64,000 nucleotides of DNA, taken from NCBI GenBank assembly GCA_046760305.1, contig JBHIDX010000002.1, positions 6,750 to 70,749 of the forward strand, given 5' to 3'. Origin of the DNA: Candidatus Aminicenantales bacterium. GTDB taxonomy: Bacteria > Acidobacteriota > Aminicenantia > Aminicenantales > Aminicenantaceae. The position numbers and the translations under genes were made by a program. Shown here piece by piece: positions 38,698 to 48,585 of the stretch. The notes below the pieces were generated by a model, which worked only from the letters and a program-made list of their open reading frames with translations, searched no databases and was not told the origin of the DNA. Numbering within the stretch: position 1 is the stretch's first letter; each line of letters opens with the position of its first letter.

Positions 38698-41076
38698 ATG
38701 TTTGTCAGAAAGAGTAAGGCAAAGATGAGTCGAAAAGAAAATGTGCTTAAATCTCTTGAAATCCTAAAAAAAATAAGTTTAAAAACAGATTCTATCCGCG
38801 CCATAAAGCACCTCCCTTCCCAAGAAGGGAAGTATGAAGACTATCCTCCAGAAATACACCCCGCTTTAGTCAGAGCCCTCAAGAAAAAAGGATTCCAGAA
38901 ACTCTATTCCCACCAGTACTCCGCCTGGAAGGCGCTTCACGAGAGAAGGAATATTGTTGTCGTCACTCCCACGGCTTCGGGCAAAACTCTCTGCTATAAC
39001 ATTCCTGTGCTGGATGAAATACTCCACAACCCTTCTACCAGGGCCATCTATCTTTTCCCCACCAAAGCACTCGCCCAGGACCAGAAAGCAGAGCTTGAGG
39101 AAACAATTCATCTTCTGAGCGAGGAGGTAAGGATATTCACCTATGACGGTGACACTCCTCAGGATGCGAGAAAGGCCATTCGGGCTCAGGGACACATCGT
39201 TCTCACCAACCCTGATATGCTCCACACAGGCATCCTCCCTCATCACACCAAATGGGTAAAGCTTTTTGAAAACCTGAAATACATCATTATCGACGAGCTC
39301 CACAATTACCGGGGAATATTCGGAAGTCATCTGGCAAACGTGCTCAGACGGCTGAAAAGAATTTCCCGTTTTTACGGCTCAGAACCAAAGTTTATCCTCT
39401 CCACGGCCACGATTGCCAACCCTCTTGAAATGGCAGAAAAAATGATTGAAGCGCCAGTCACACTCATCGACGACAATGGAGCACCCCAGGGAGAAAAGTT
39501 CTTTATCTTCTATACTCCTCCTGTGGTCAACGAATACCTGGGAATCCGACGCTCCTACGTCAACGAGGGACGGAGGGTGGCCTCTATCTTTCTCCAAAAC
39601 AACCTCCAGACCATTGTCTTTGCCCAGAGCAGACTCATCACCGAAGTCCTGCTAACTTATCTGAAGGAGGACGTCGAAAAAAGCATCAAAGACGAAGGAC
39701 TCATCCGTGGATACAGAGGAGGCTACCTACCGCTGAAGAGAAGAGAAATAGAGAAAGGCTTGAGAAGGGGAGATATCCTGGGAGTTGTCTCCACCAACGC
39801 TTTGGAGCTGGGGATAGACATCGGAAGTCTTGATGTGGCAGTCATGGCTGGCTACCCGGGAACAATTTCCTCTACCTGGCAGAGGGCTGGTCGCGCCGGC
39901 CGCAAGAGCGGAGTCTCAGCCGCAGTGCTCGTTGCTTCGAGCTCCCCTCTCGATCAGTTTATCGTCAACCACCCCGACTACTTCTTCTCCAGCAGCCCTG
40001 AGCACGCCCTGATTAACCCCGACAACCTTTCCATCCTTGTCAGCCACATAGAATGCGCAGCTTTCGAGCTTCCCTTCAAAGACGGAGAAAATTTCGGACG
40101 CCTTGAGATAAGCGAAATACTCAAATTTCTCGAAGAAGAAAATCTTCTCCACCATACTCAGGATAAATGGTTCTGGACCTCAGATGCCTACCCGGCTGAT
40201 GGTGTGAGTCTGAGAAGCATAACTTCTGATAACTTTGTCGTTGTTGACATAACCGATAAGCCAAAAGCAATTGCTGAAGTGGATTTCTCTTCTGCCCTCA
40301 CCACCCTCCATCCCAAGGCCATCTACATCTGCGAAGGTGAGCAGTATTTTGTCGAAAACCTGGATTACAAGCAGAGAAAAGCATTCGTGAAAAGGACAGA
40401 TTCAGATTATTTCACCGATGCCATAGATTATACAAAGGTTAAAATTCTTGACGTTTTTAACCAGAAAAAGCTCCAAAAATTCAGCATTTCCCATGGGGAA
40501 GTAGAGGTCGCAACCCAGGTGGTGGGCTTCAAGAAGATAAAATTCCACACCATGGAAAATGTGGGGCACGGAAAGCTGAACCTCCCCCAGAATGAAATGC
40601 ACACCACAGCTTACTGGCTGACAATCCCCGCCTACCTCATTCAGCTTCTTCCTTTCTCTTCGGAAGAAAAAATAAACGGACTTTTCGGTATCGCCTACCT
40701 CCTCCACCACATCTCCCCCCTGTTCATGATGTGCGATGTAAGAGATGTGGGTGTTTCAATCGGTGACAATGCTACGGGGGAGTCAGTTCCTCCTCGGGAT
40801 CTGCCTTTCAGGATTCCCGAGGAAGAAAAAAGAACAATTTTTTCATCTGAGCGGTTTGAACCCAATATTTTTATCTACGATAATTTCCCCGGCGGTATTG
40901 GTCTCAGTCCTTCTCTCTTCGAGCTCGAGAAAAAGCTGCTCCAAACAGGGCTGGAGACTATAACCGCCTGTGCCTGTGTTGAAGGATGCCCTTCCTGTGT
41001 TGGTCCGACCAAGGCAAGCGGCAAGAATGCAAAACAGGTCGCCCGCCGCCTACTGGAATCTATTCTCAAAGACTGA
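38698..41076 (+). CDS. DEAD/DEAH-box (DExH) helicase with a C-terminal DUF1998-like four-Cys domain (MrfA/YprA-like)
   Basis: Walker A VVTPTASGKT, motif II DELH, and helicase C-terminal motifs (QRAGRAGR). The C-terminal ACACVEGCPSCVG Cys cluster is typical of the DUF1998 domain of YprA/MrfA-type helicases. The start may lie at the internal ATG (MSRKEN...). Confidence 0.65.
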   Translation: MFVRKSKAKMSRKENVLKSLEILKKISLKTDSIRAIKHLPSQEGKYEDYPPEIHPALVRALKKKGFQKLYSHQYSAWKALHERRNIVVVTPTASGKTLCYNIPVLDEILHNPSTRAIYLFPTKALAQDQKAELEETIHLLSEEVRIFTYDGDTPQDARKAIRAQGHIVLTNPDMLHTGILPHHTKWVKLFENLKYIIIDELHNYRGIFGSHLANVLRRLKRISRFYGSEPKFILSTATIANPLEMAEKMIEAPVTLIDDNGAPQGEKFFIFYTPPVVNEYLGIRRSYVNEGRRVASIFLQNNLQTIVFAQSRLITEVLLTYLKEDVEKSIKDEGLIRGYRGGYLPLKRREIEKGLRRGDILGVVSTNALELGIDIGSLDVAVMAGYPGTISSTWQRAGRAGRKSGVSAAVLVASSSPLDQFIVNHPDYFFSSSPEHALINPDNLSILVSHIECAAFELPFKDGENFGRLEISEILKFLEEENLLHHTQDKWFWTSDAYPADGVSLRSITSDNFVVVDITDKPKAIAEVDFSSALTTLHPKAIYICEGEQYFVENLDYKQRKAFVKRTDSDYFTDAIDYTKVKILDVFNQKKLQKFSISHGEVEVATQVVGFKKIKFHTMENVGHGKLNLPQNEMHTTAYWLTIPAYLIQLLPFSSEEKINGLFGIAYLLHHISPLFMMCDVRDVGVSIGDNATGESVPPRDLPFRIPEEEKRTIFSSERFEPNIFIYDNFPGGIGLSPSLFELEKKLLQTGLETITACACVEGCPSCVGPTKASGKNAKQVARRLLESILKD

Positions 41077-41088
41077 GTCTGCTTCCTT

Positions 41089-41754
41089 CTATTTCTTTCT
41101 GGCCTTTATGGAATTGATCCGGGCAAGCTGCTTTTCTTCACCGACAATAATCAGAATATCACTGTCCTTGATGACAAAATCAGCCCTGGGAATGAAAGTC
41201 GTTTTCTCGGGGATGAGCTCTCTTACAGCCAGAACCTGAATGCCGTACTTGTTTCTCAGGTCGAGTTCCATGAGCGATTTCCCGATGAAGTTTTCAGGGG
41301 GTGCAATTTCCTGGATGCTGTAACCTGAGCTGAGAGGAAGATATTCAAGAATATTGGGAGAGGTCAACTTCAGAGCGGTCCTTATAGCCATGTCTTTCTC
41401 AGGATAAATAACCTCTGTTGCTCCAACAGCATCCAGAATCTTTCCGTGGTCTTCGGTCAGGGCCTTGGCGATGATGCGCCTTGCTCCTATCTCATGAAGA
41501 AAGAGGACAGTGAGGATGCTTGCTTCCATTTCTGGCCCGGAGCAAACGATAACCACGTCCATGTCCTGAATCCCGAGAGCCCTGAGGTTCTCCTTATCCG
41601 CCCCATCCATCTGGACCGCATGGGAGACAAAGTCTTTTATCTCCTCAATCTTGTGCTTGTCAACATCAACAGCGAGCACCTCGTGTCCTTTCTCGTAGAG
41701 AGTCCGGGCCACGTAGGCACCAAAACTACCGAGTCCTATTACTGCGAATTTCAT
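41089..41754 (-). CDS. trkA: TrkA/KtrA-family K+ transport NAD-binding regulatory subunit (RCK N and C domains)
   Basis: Rossmann motif IGLGSFG, 221 aa, immediately downstream of the TrkH/KtrB-like membrane subunit. Confidence 0.75.
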   Translation of the reverse strand: MKFAVIGLGSFGAYVARTLYEKGHEVLAVDVDKHKIEEIKDFVSHAVQMDGADKENLRALGIQDMDVVIVCSGPEMEASILTVLFLHEIGARRIIAKALTEDHGKILDAVGATEVIYPEKDMAIRTALKLTSPNILEYLPLSSGYSIQEIAPPENFIGKSLMELDLRNKYGIQVLAVRELIPEKTTFIPRADFVIKDSDILIIVGEEKQLARINSIKARKK

Positions 41755-41775
41755 AAGGAATACTCCTCTTCAATT

Positions 41776-43128
41776 CTAACCGACCATGACCGATTCTTCA
41801 ACATATTCATACCTGCCAAAAGCACGCCGTCGGCTGAAAGCGTAGAGCAGAGTCAGCGGACCGATTCTCCCCACATACATGGTCACCACCAGCACTACCT
41901 TGCCCGCTGCACTCAATTCAGGTGTAAGGCCGAGTGAAAGTCCAACTGTGCTGAAGGCGGAAAAGACCTCAAAAAGCACTTCCTGCATGCTTGCCTGGGC
42001 CTCGGTCATGAGGAGGAGGAAAGAGGAAACAAATATCACGCTCAGGCCGAGAGAAACGACCGTGAAGGCCTTGGTGATAAGCTGAGTGGGAAGAGTTCTG
42101 TAGAAGATGCTTACCGAATCGCGGGCAGTAATCCTGCTTTTCAGAAAAGCAAAGATGACAGCCATGGTGCTTGTCTTCACCCCTCCGCCTGTTGACCCGG
42201 GAGAGGCACCGATAAACATAAGAATGATGAGGAGAAAGACTGCCGCTGGACTCAATCCAGCAAGGTTAATGGTGTTGAACCCAGCAGTGCGTGGAGTTAT
42301 CACCTGAAAAAAAGAGGAAGACACCTTTTCTCCGGGTGTCATTTCCCTTAAGGACAGGCTGTGCTCGATGGAAAAGAAGAGGACAAAAGAAACAAAAATG
42401 AGCAGCAGGGTCATGGAAAGAACAATCTTTGTATGGAGACTGAAATGAACTTTTTTTCTCCTCACAAGGGCGATTATCGCTTCCTTTCCTTCCTGAAGCA
42501 CCAGGAAACCAAGCCCTCCCAGGACAATGAGAATGATGAGCACGGAGTTTACCACAGGGTCCCTCCGAAAGGAAACAAAGCTCTCGCTGAAGAGAGAAAA
42601 CCCAGCATTGCAAAAAGCAGATACAGCGTGAAAAAGTGAAAAGTAGAAGGATTTCAGCACCCCGAAATCTTTAAGCCAGCGGAAAAAGAGGAAAAGAGTT
42701 CCTGCCAGCTCGATGACCATGGTGAAGAAAAAAATGCCTACCACCAGGGACCTGAAATCAGACGGGGCCCTGTGGTGAAAATCCTCCTGGAGCATTATTC
42801 TCTCTCTTATCGATATTTTCCTTCCCGCAGCGAAAAGAACCAGAGTAGAAAAAGTCATAATACCCAGTCCACCGAGCTGGAAAAGAATCATGATCATAAT
42901 CTGTCCGGCAGTGGTGAAGTAGCCAGGAGTATCCTGGACAATAAGGCCGGTGACACACACAGCCGAGGTCGAGGTAAACAGAGCATCTACCAGAGATATT
43001 TTCCCTGACTTCGTGCTCAAGGGGAGGAAAAGCAGCAGAGCTCCGATTAAAATAGTGATTAAAAAGCTTATGGCCAGAACCTGGGCTGGCTGAAAGACCC
43101 TCTCTTTTGATATTATTTTTCTCATCAA
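41776..43128 (-). CDS. trkH: TrkH/KtrB-family K+ transporter membrane subunit
   Basis: 450-aa polytopic protein with repeated selectivity-filter-like G(L/F)G segments (GGLGIMT, GASPGSTGGG). Confidence 0.75.
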   Translation of the reverse strand: MMRKIISKERVFQPAQVLAISFLITILIGALLLFLPLSTKSGKISLVDALFTSTSAVCVTGLIVQDTPGYFTTAGQIMIMILFQLGGLGIMTFSTLVLFAAGRKISIRERIMLQEDFHHRAPSDFRSLVVGIFFFTMVIELAGTLFLFFRWLKDFGVLKSFYFSLFHAVSAFCNAGFSLFSESFVSFRRDPVVNSVLIILIVLGGLGFLVLQEGKEAIIALVRRKKVHFSLHTKIVLSMTLLLIFVSFVLFFSIEHSLSLREMTPGEKVSSSFFQVITPRTAGFNTINLAGLSPAAVFLLIILMFIGASPGSTGGGVKTSTMAVIFAFLKSRITARDSVSIFYRTLPTQLITKAFTVVSLGLSVIFVSSFLLLMTEAQASMQEVLFEVFSAFSTVGLSLGLTPELSAAGKVVLVVTMYVGRIGPLTLLYAFSRRRAFGRYEYVEESVMVG

Positions 43129-43212
43129 ATAAGATTTAAAATCTATTACGGAATCGTGCTTTTGTCAATCTGAACCCGTGGTTTTCCCTTTGATTGACTT
43201 TGCCCGGGCTAT

Positions 43213-43896
43213 ATGCTAAGTATTCTAAGTGAAATGAATATCTTAAAACTCATTGCCGAAGCAGGTTATGTGGTTAAGGCTGTCATCCTTGTTCTTGTTC
43301 TCTTTTCTGTATTCTCCTGGGCGGTCGTCATCTTTAAGAGAAGAGTTCTCCGCTCTGCAGCCTCACAATCGAACAAGTTTCTCGCCTCTTTCAGGAGGAG
43401 CAAAAACCTGGCCGAGGTCAACGAAGCGGCCAAGAAGTACAGAGCCAGTCCCCTCTCCTCTCTCTTCCAGTCAGGCTTTAAAGAGCTTATCTACCTCACC
43501 CGGTCAAATCCTCAAAGCGGACTAACACCAGGAAAGCTGGAGAGGCTGAACAGGGCTCTTATAAAGGCCGCCAACGCTGAAATCGCTCGCATGGAGAGCA
43601 TGATGAGCTTTCTGGCAACCACGGGCAGCGTAACTCCGTTTATCGGCCTTTTCGGCACAGTCTGGGGCATCATGGATTCCTTCCACAGAATCGGAATTGA
43701 AAGGTCTGCCGGCCTTGTCACCGTTGCTCCGGGAATCGCTGAGGCCCTTATTGCCACGGCTGCCGGCCTTTTCGCTGCTGTGCCCGCGGTCATCGCTTAC
43801 AACCATTTTCTCCACCGCATCAAGGACCAAATAACGGTCATTGAGGATTTCTCTCTTGAATTTCTCAACATCGCAGAAAGAATCTATGGCTCTTAG
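43213..43896 (+). CDS. tolQ: MotA/TolQ/ExbB proton-channel protein (TolQ by context)
   Basis: Three transmembrane segments and the conserved C-terminal region GLFGTVWGIM...AEALIATAAGL. It is the first gene of the tol-pal cluster. Confidence 0.8.
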   Translation: MLSILSEMNILKLIAEAGYVVKAVILVLVLFSVFSWAVVIFKRRVLRSAASQSNKFLASFRRSKNLAEVNEAAKKYRASPLSSLFQSGFKELIYLTRSNPQSGLTPGKLERLNRALIKAANAEIARMESMMSFLATTGSVTPFIGLFGTVWGIMDSFHRIGIERSAGLVTVAPGIAEALIATAAGLFAAVPAVIAYNHFLHRIKDQITVIEDFSLEFLNIAERIYGS

Positions 43897-44326
43897 GTCA
43901 CGTTTTATACTCAAAAGAGAATTGGGGACTTCGCTCTCCGAAATAAACGTCACTCCTTTTGTTGACGTCATGCTCGTCCTGCTCATCATCTTTATGGTCA
44001 CCGCTCCGATGATGAAATCAGGTGTCTCGGTCAACCTTCCCCAGGCAGAGACAGAATCAGCTCCAGCAGAAGAGGGCCTGACTTTAACCATATCACGCGA
44101 CAGATACATTCATGTTGAAAACTCCATCGTTAACATCCATCTTCTGGAGGGAAAATTAAAAGATTATTTTTCCGGCAGAGAGAAAAAAATCGTCTTTATC
44201 GAGGCCGACAAAGACCTTCCTTATGGCTTTGTGATGAGCGTTCTCGATATAGCGAAAAAAGCAGGAGTTGAAGTTATCGGCCTGGTAACTGAGCCTCTTG
44301 AGGAAAAAAGAGAAATAAAGCGATGA
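43886..44326 (+). CDS. tolR: ExbD/TolR biopolymer transport protein
   Basis: INVTPFVDVMLVLLIIFMV N-terminal transmembrane segment with a periplasmic domain. The start was re-called to the ATG at 43886, which overlaps the tolQ stop. Confidence 0.8.
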   Translation: MALRSRFILKRELGTSLSEINVTPFVDVMLVLLIIFMVTAPMMKSGVSVNLPQAETESAPAEEGLTLTISRDRYIHVENSIVNIHLLEGKLKDYFSGREKKIVFIEADKDLPYGFVMSVLDIAKKAGVEVIGLVTEPLEEKREIKR

Positions 44327-45108
44327 AAACTCGGAAAAAGGGAGAAAGGGCATTCCAGACAGCAGTTTTCATCTCTATCTTCGCCCATCTCGTCCTCTTC
44401 ACGCTCCTTCTCGTTTCGCCTTCCCTTCCCGAACCCTCCCGGAAAAAAACAATTCACTATGTCAACCTCATAAGCTTCCCCCACGCCAGGGGTGGAAGAA
44501 GAGGTGAAGAGGCCGTCCTACCCCCAGGAAGAGAAACGCTTAAAGATCTTACCACAGCTCAGAAACTCAAGGACCAAACTCCCTCTTCACTCCGCCATCC
44601 GGTGGAGAAGCCTAAAAAGGATGACAGCCTGGCTGAAAACAAAAAAGCAGCCATCTCCAAATCTGAAAGAACGCTCGAGGAAAAAGGAAGCGGAAGGAGC
44701 GGTCAAAGAGAGTCGACATCAAAAACAAGTGCCTCCACAGGCACCGGGTTGAGGATAGGCGGGCTTGGGGAGGAAGCCTCGATTGACGAGGACTATACCT
44801 CTCGTATAGGTTTTTCCCGCTTCCCCTACACTTACTACCTACAGGCCATAATGGACAGGGTCTCCTCAAACTGGTTCACTTCTCTGGTCGAGCCAGGAAT
44901 ATCAGGCACTTTTAAGGCAGTTGTTTATTTCAAGATAACAAGAAATGGTCAGGTAATGGATTTAAGAATTGACAGGTCAAGCGGCATAAGATCACTCGAC
45001 CTCTCCGCACTCAGGGCTATCCGCTCCTCATCTCCCTTCCCGCCTCTTCCCGAGGATTACGGAGACGAATATCTTGTCATCAGGCTTATATTCGAGCACT
45101 CAAAATGA
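44323..45108 (+). CDS. tolA: TolA/TonB-family energy transducer (TolA by context)
   Basis: N-terminal transmembrane segment, a Pro/Lys/Glu-rich linker, and a C-terminal TonB_C-like domain. Confidence 0.6.
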   Translation: MKTRKKGERAFQTAVFISIFAHLVLFTLLLVSPSLPEPSRKKTIHYVNLISFPHARGGRRGEEAVLPPGRETLKDLTTAQKLKDQTPSSLRHPVEKPKKDDSLAENKKAAISKSERTLEEKGSGRSGQRESTSKTSASTGTGLRIGGLGEEASIDEDYTSRIGFSRFPYTYYLQAIMDRVSSNWFTSLVEPGISGTFKAVVYFKITRNGQVMDLRIDRSSGIRSLDLSALRAIRSSSPFPPLPEDYGDEYLVIRLIFEHSK

Positions 45109-46391
45109 AGATAAAGTTTTATCCCGCTTTCTTCGCTGCGCTGATGATATTAACCGCTCCGGCTTTTGCCCAGCAGGAAGTGGTGCTTACTATTAAGGAA
45201 GGAATGCCAACCATTCCCCTAGCGCTCCCGAATTTCATCACTCATTCCGAATCTAAAACTGCGACCAGAGCTGCTGAGACTCTGAGAGAGGTCATCTCGA
45301 ATGACCTCAGATACAGCAGGGTCTTCCAGATTATTCCTGATAGCTTCTACTCTTACATAAATCCTCTCAACCCGAAGAAAATACTTTTCAAGGACTGGGA
45401 ATCGATTCAGGCTTCAATCCTTTTTGTGGGTGAGGTCTCGGAGAAAGGTAAAGACAATATTTCCTTCGAAGGCAAGCTCTACGACGTAAAAAGTGAACGG
45501 TACATACACGGCAAAGGCTTTGAGGGACAAGCCTCTCTCCTCCGTTTAATCGGGCATAAGATGGCCAATGAAGTGATGAAGATCTACGGCGAAAAGCCCA
45601 TTTTCACCTCCAAGATAGTGTTTATATCCAACCGCGACGGAAACGATGAGCTCTATATGATGGACTATGACGGCCACAACCAGACCCGGCTCACTTTCAG
45701 CAAGCACCAGGATTACATGCCGGCCTGGTCAGCAGACGGAAAAAAAATTGCCTTCACTTCCTACCGAGAGAACAACTCCATCCTCTATCTTCTTGACCTT
45801 TACGCTCAGAAGATATCTATCATCTCATCAAAAGGGACTAATTTCGCTCCTTCTTTCTCCCCGGATGGAAAGAAAATTGCCTTCTGTTCCACTATGGACG
45901 GCAATGCTGAGATTTATGTAGCCAACAGCAACGGGAAAAGAATAAAAAGACTCACTTTTAACAGTGCCATCGACACTGCTCCCACCTGGTCTCCCACGAG
46001 CCGGGAAATTGCCTTCACTTCCAACCGCGGAGGAACACCTCAAATCTACATCATGGATGCAGAAGGCTCAAACCTGCGCCGGGTGAGTTTTGGTGGGAAT
46101 TATCATGATGCTCCTGCCTGGTCTCCTACAGGTGATAGGATTGTCTATGTCTCCCGAATAGATAACATATTTGACCTTTATGTGATTGACTTGCGGACAA
46201 AACAGATTACAAAACTCACCGAAAGCAATGCTCGGAATGAATCACCCTCCTGGTCTCCTGACGGTCGTCACATCGTTTTCTCCTCAAACCTTTCTGGTTC
46301 CATTCAGCTTTATTCCATCGATTACGATGGAACCAACTTCAGACGTCTTACTTCTCAGGGTGAAAATAAGCTTCCTGAGTGGTCGCACTGA
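45105..46391 (+). CDS. tolB: Tol-Pal system beta-propeller protein TolB
   Basis: Signal peptide, a TolB N-domain, and repeated WD40-like blades (PAWSADGKKIAF, PSFSPDGKKIAF, PTWSPTSREIAF, PSWSPDGRHIVF). Confidence 0.85.
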   Translation: MKIKFYPAFFAALMILTAPAFAQQEVVLTIKEGMPTIPLALPNFITHSESKTATRAAETLREVISNDLRYSRVFQIIPDSFYSYINPLNPKKILFKDWESIQASILFVGEVSEKGKDNISFEGKLYDVKSERYIHGKGFEGQASLLRLIGHKMANEVMKIYGEKPIFTSKIVFISNRDGNDELYMMDYDGHNQTRLTFSKHQDYMPAWSADGKKIAFTSYRENNSILYLLDLYAQKISIISSKGTNFAPSFSPDGKKIAFCSTMDGNAEIYVANSNGKRIKRLTFNSAIDTAPTWSPTSREIAFTSNRGGTPQIYIMDAEGSNLRRVSFGGNYHDAPAWSPTGDRIVYVSRIDNIFDLYVIDLRTKQITKLTESNARNESPSWSPDGRHIVFSSNLSGSIQLYSIDYDGTNFRRLTSQGENKLPEWSH

Positions 46392-46500
46392 TTCGCCTCG
46401 ATTATCCACGACTCGATGCTGTCGTAGGGGCTAGGTGGGACTGGAGCGAGGTGCGGGGCATGAATAATTGAGGCTAATTTATTCTCTGCATGACACATTG

Positions 46501-46529
46501 TTGACATATAATACGTTTAACTATATAAA
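46501..46529 (+). promoter_or_regulatory. Sigma70-like promoter upstream of pal
   Basis: Perfect TTGACA (46501-46506), a 17-nt spacer, then TATAAA (46524-46529), within the 212-nt tolB-pal intergenic region. Confidence 0.45.
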
Positions 46530-46603
46530 GATAAAGGATACAGAATACGGAGTTCTTCACCCATATCTAAAAAGTAACATTTAAAAGAAAATTTGGAGGC
46601 GAA

Positions 46604-47248
46604 ATGAAAAAGGCAATCATAATCTCCCTCACCCTGGTCATAATCTTTACTTTCCTCAACTCATGCACTGGGAGGCAGGCAAAGGTTCAACTACCTCCTC
46701 CTCTCCCTGAGCCGACAACCCCTCCCACTCCCCAGGAAAAAGAGCAACCCCCGATAGAGAAAGTTGAGGTGCCCGAGACTCCAGAGAAACAAACGGTGGT
46801 CGTAGAAGAAAAAAAGAAAGAAGGAGTAAAAGAAGAACCTCTGATTAAAGAATATAAACTGACAGAAGAAGAAATTTTCAGGATGAAATCCCTTGAAGAA
46901 ATTAACAGAGAAGCGCCACTGAAAAGGATTCATTTTGATTATGATGAATACTACATCCGCGAGGATGCTAAACCCACCCTCGAAGCCAACGCCGCCTGGC
47001 TCAGGGAACATCCGACAGTTAAAATCCTCATAGAAGGCCACTGCGATGAAAGAGGAACAGAAGAGTACAACCTAGCCCTGGGAGAAAGAAGAGCAAGCAG
47101 CACTAGGGACTACCTTGTTTCTCTCGGAATTTCTGCTGAGAGGATTACCATTATCTCTTACGGCAAGAGCCAGCCTCTTGATCCCGGTCACAATGAAGTT
47201 TCGTGGCAGAAAAACAGGCGGGCAGAATTCCTGATTATAGGAAAATAG
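46604..47248 (+). CDS. pal: Peptidoglycan-associated lipoprotein (OmpA-like domain)
   Basis: Lipobox LNSC, a Pro/Glu-rich linker, and the OmpA_C motif HCDERGTEEYNLALGERRA. Confidence 0.85.
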   Translation: MKKAIIISLTLVIIFTFLNSCTGRQAKVQLPPPLPEPTTPPTPQEKEQPPIEKVEVPETPEKQTVVVEEKKKEGVKEEPLIKEYKLTEEEIFRMKSLEEINREAPLKRIHFDYDEYYIREDAKPTLEANAAWLREHPTVKILIEGHCDERGTEEYNLALGERRASSTRDYLVSLGISAERITIISYGKSQPLDPGHNEVSWQKNRRAEFLIIGK

Positions 47249-47251
47249 AAA

Positions 47252-48121
47252 ATGCTGAAAAAGCTTCTTTCTGGCTCGCTCATTCTGGCCTTGACGGCAA
47301 CAGTATGCTTCGCCCAGAAAGATAAGGATAAAAAAACCTACGAGCTCATTTATAAAGATGTCCAAGTACTCAAACAGCAGATACTAAAACTAGAAGAAAA
47401 TCTCAATGCTCACACCCAAGAGATAAAATCGAATAGAGCTCGGCTTGAAGAAGTTCTCACTCAGATAAAAAACACCCAGGCAAGACAGGCAAGTCTCAAG
47501 GAAGAACTAAAAACACTCCCTACCCAGTATCGAGTTCTTCTTGAAAAACTGGAAGAAATGAGCCTCCAGCTCATAAAAATCACAGAAGAACTTCTCGTCT
47601 TAAAGCAATCGTCCCGCCTCCAGGCAGGAGTGGCGGAAAAACCTGCACAAGAAGAGAAACCAAGGCCGGAGACAACTGCAAAAAAACTTCCAAGCAGAGA
47701 ACTTCCGCAGAAAAAAGCAGAGTTACCTCAACTCGCCCTTTCTCCCCAGGAAGTTTACAACATGGCTTACGCTGATTACCTGAAAGGAAATTTCGAACTG
47801 GCCATAGACGGGTTTAAAATTTACATAGACCACTTTCCGGAAAGCCCTCTCGCTGACAATGCCCAGTACTGGATTGGCGAGTGTTATTTCAGCCAGGAAA
47901 AGTACCAAGAAGCAATAGAAGAGTTCAATCAGCTTATCCTCAAGTTCCCGGAGAGCGACCAAACCCCCTCGGCCTACCTGAAGAAAGGAATAAGCCTCAC
48001 AAACCTGGGGAAAAAGGAGGAAGCGTTGGCCACTTATAAGCTGTTGATTAGTAAATACCCTCTCGCAGAAGAAACAAAACTCGCCCAGGAAAAAATTAAG
48101 GAGTTATCATCGAGAAAATGA
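47252..48121 (+). CDS. cpoB: Tol-Pal system protein CpoB/YbgF (coiled-coil plus TPR)
   Basis: Signal peptide, an N-terminal coiled coil, and C-terminal TPR-like repeats (YNMAYADYLKGNFELAIDGF...YWIGECYFSQEKYQEAIEEF). Confidence 0.7.
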   Translation: MLKKLLSGSLILALTATVCFAQKDKDKKTYELIYKDVQVLKQQILKLEENLNAHTQEIKSNRARLEEVLTQIKNTQARQASLKEELKTLPTQYRVLLEKLEEMSLQLIKITEELLVLKQSSRLQAGVAEKPAQEEKPRPETTAKKLPSRELPQKKAELPQLALSPQEVYNMAYADYLKGNFELAIDGFKIYIDHFPESPLADNAQYWIGECYFSQEKYQEAIEEFNQLILKFPESDQTPSAYLKKGISLTNLGKKEEALATYKLLISKYPLAEETKLAQEKIKELSSRK

Positions 48122-48579
48122 GAGATATTAACAGTCTGAATAAAGTTATTTTAATTGGTCATCTTGGCGGTGACCCTGAAGTTCGATACCTTCCTCAATC
48201 AGAACGGGCGGTGGCTCGGTTTAACATCGCTACCAATGAGCGCTCTTTTAACCCTACTACAAACGAGACAAAAGACTATACTGAATGGCACAGAATTGTT
48301 GCCTGGGGAAAGCTTGCTGAATTCTGCGAAAAATACCTCGTGCGGGGAAGGCAGATTTACATTGAAGGAAAATTGAGAACAAGAACCTGGCAGGACAGAG
48401 ACGGGAATAAAAGATTCACCACAGAAATCAACGCCCAGAACATCGTCCTCCTCGGAAAGCGTGAGCTGACGGAAGAGGAAGAAATCGTTTCGCCTTCATC
48501 TGCAGAGCAGCAGTTTCCGCCCCAAGAGGATACCGCCAGCACTGAGGGAGAGGGAGAAGAAGACGACGTTCCCTTTTAA
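48118..48579 (+). CDS. ssb: Single-stranded DNA-binding protein
   Basis: OB-fold N-terminus NKVILIGHLGGDPEVRYLP...WHRIVAWGKLAE and the acidic tail ...EEDDVPF. Confidence 0.9.
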   Translation: MRDINSLNKVILIGHLGGDPEVRYLPQSERAVARFNIATNERSFNPTTNETKDYTEWHRIVAWGKLAEFCEKYLVRGRQIYIEGKLRTRTWQDRDGNKRFTTEINAQNIVLLGKRELTEEEEIVSPSSAEQQFPPQEDTASTEGEGEEDDVPF

Positions 48580-48585
48580 CCCGTA

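Noticed and set aside
38698-41076. DUF1998 helicase as part of a DISARM-like or other defence system
   Set aside because: No drmB/drmC/methylase or other defence partners are adjacent. The neighbours are uvrA, holB and trkA, so the MrfA-type repair helicase interpretation is preferred.
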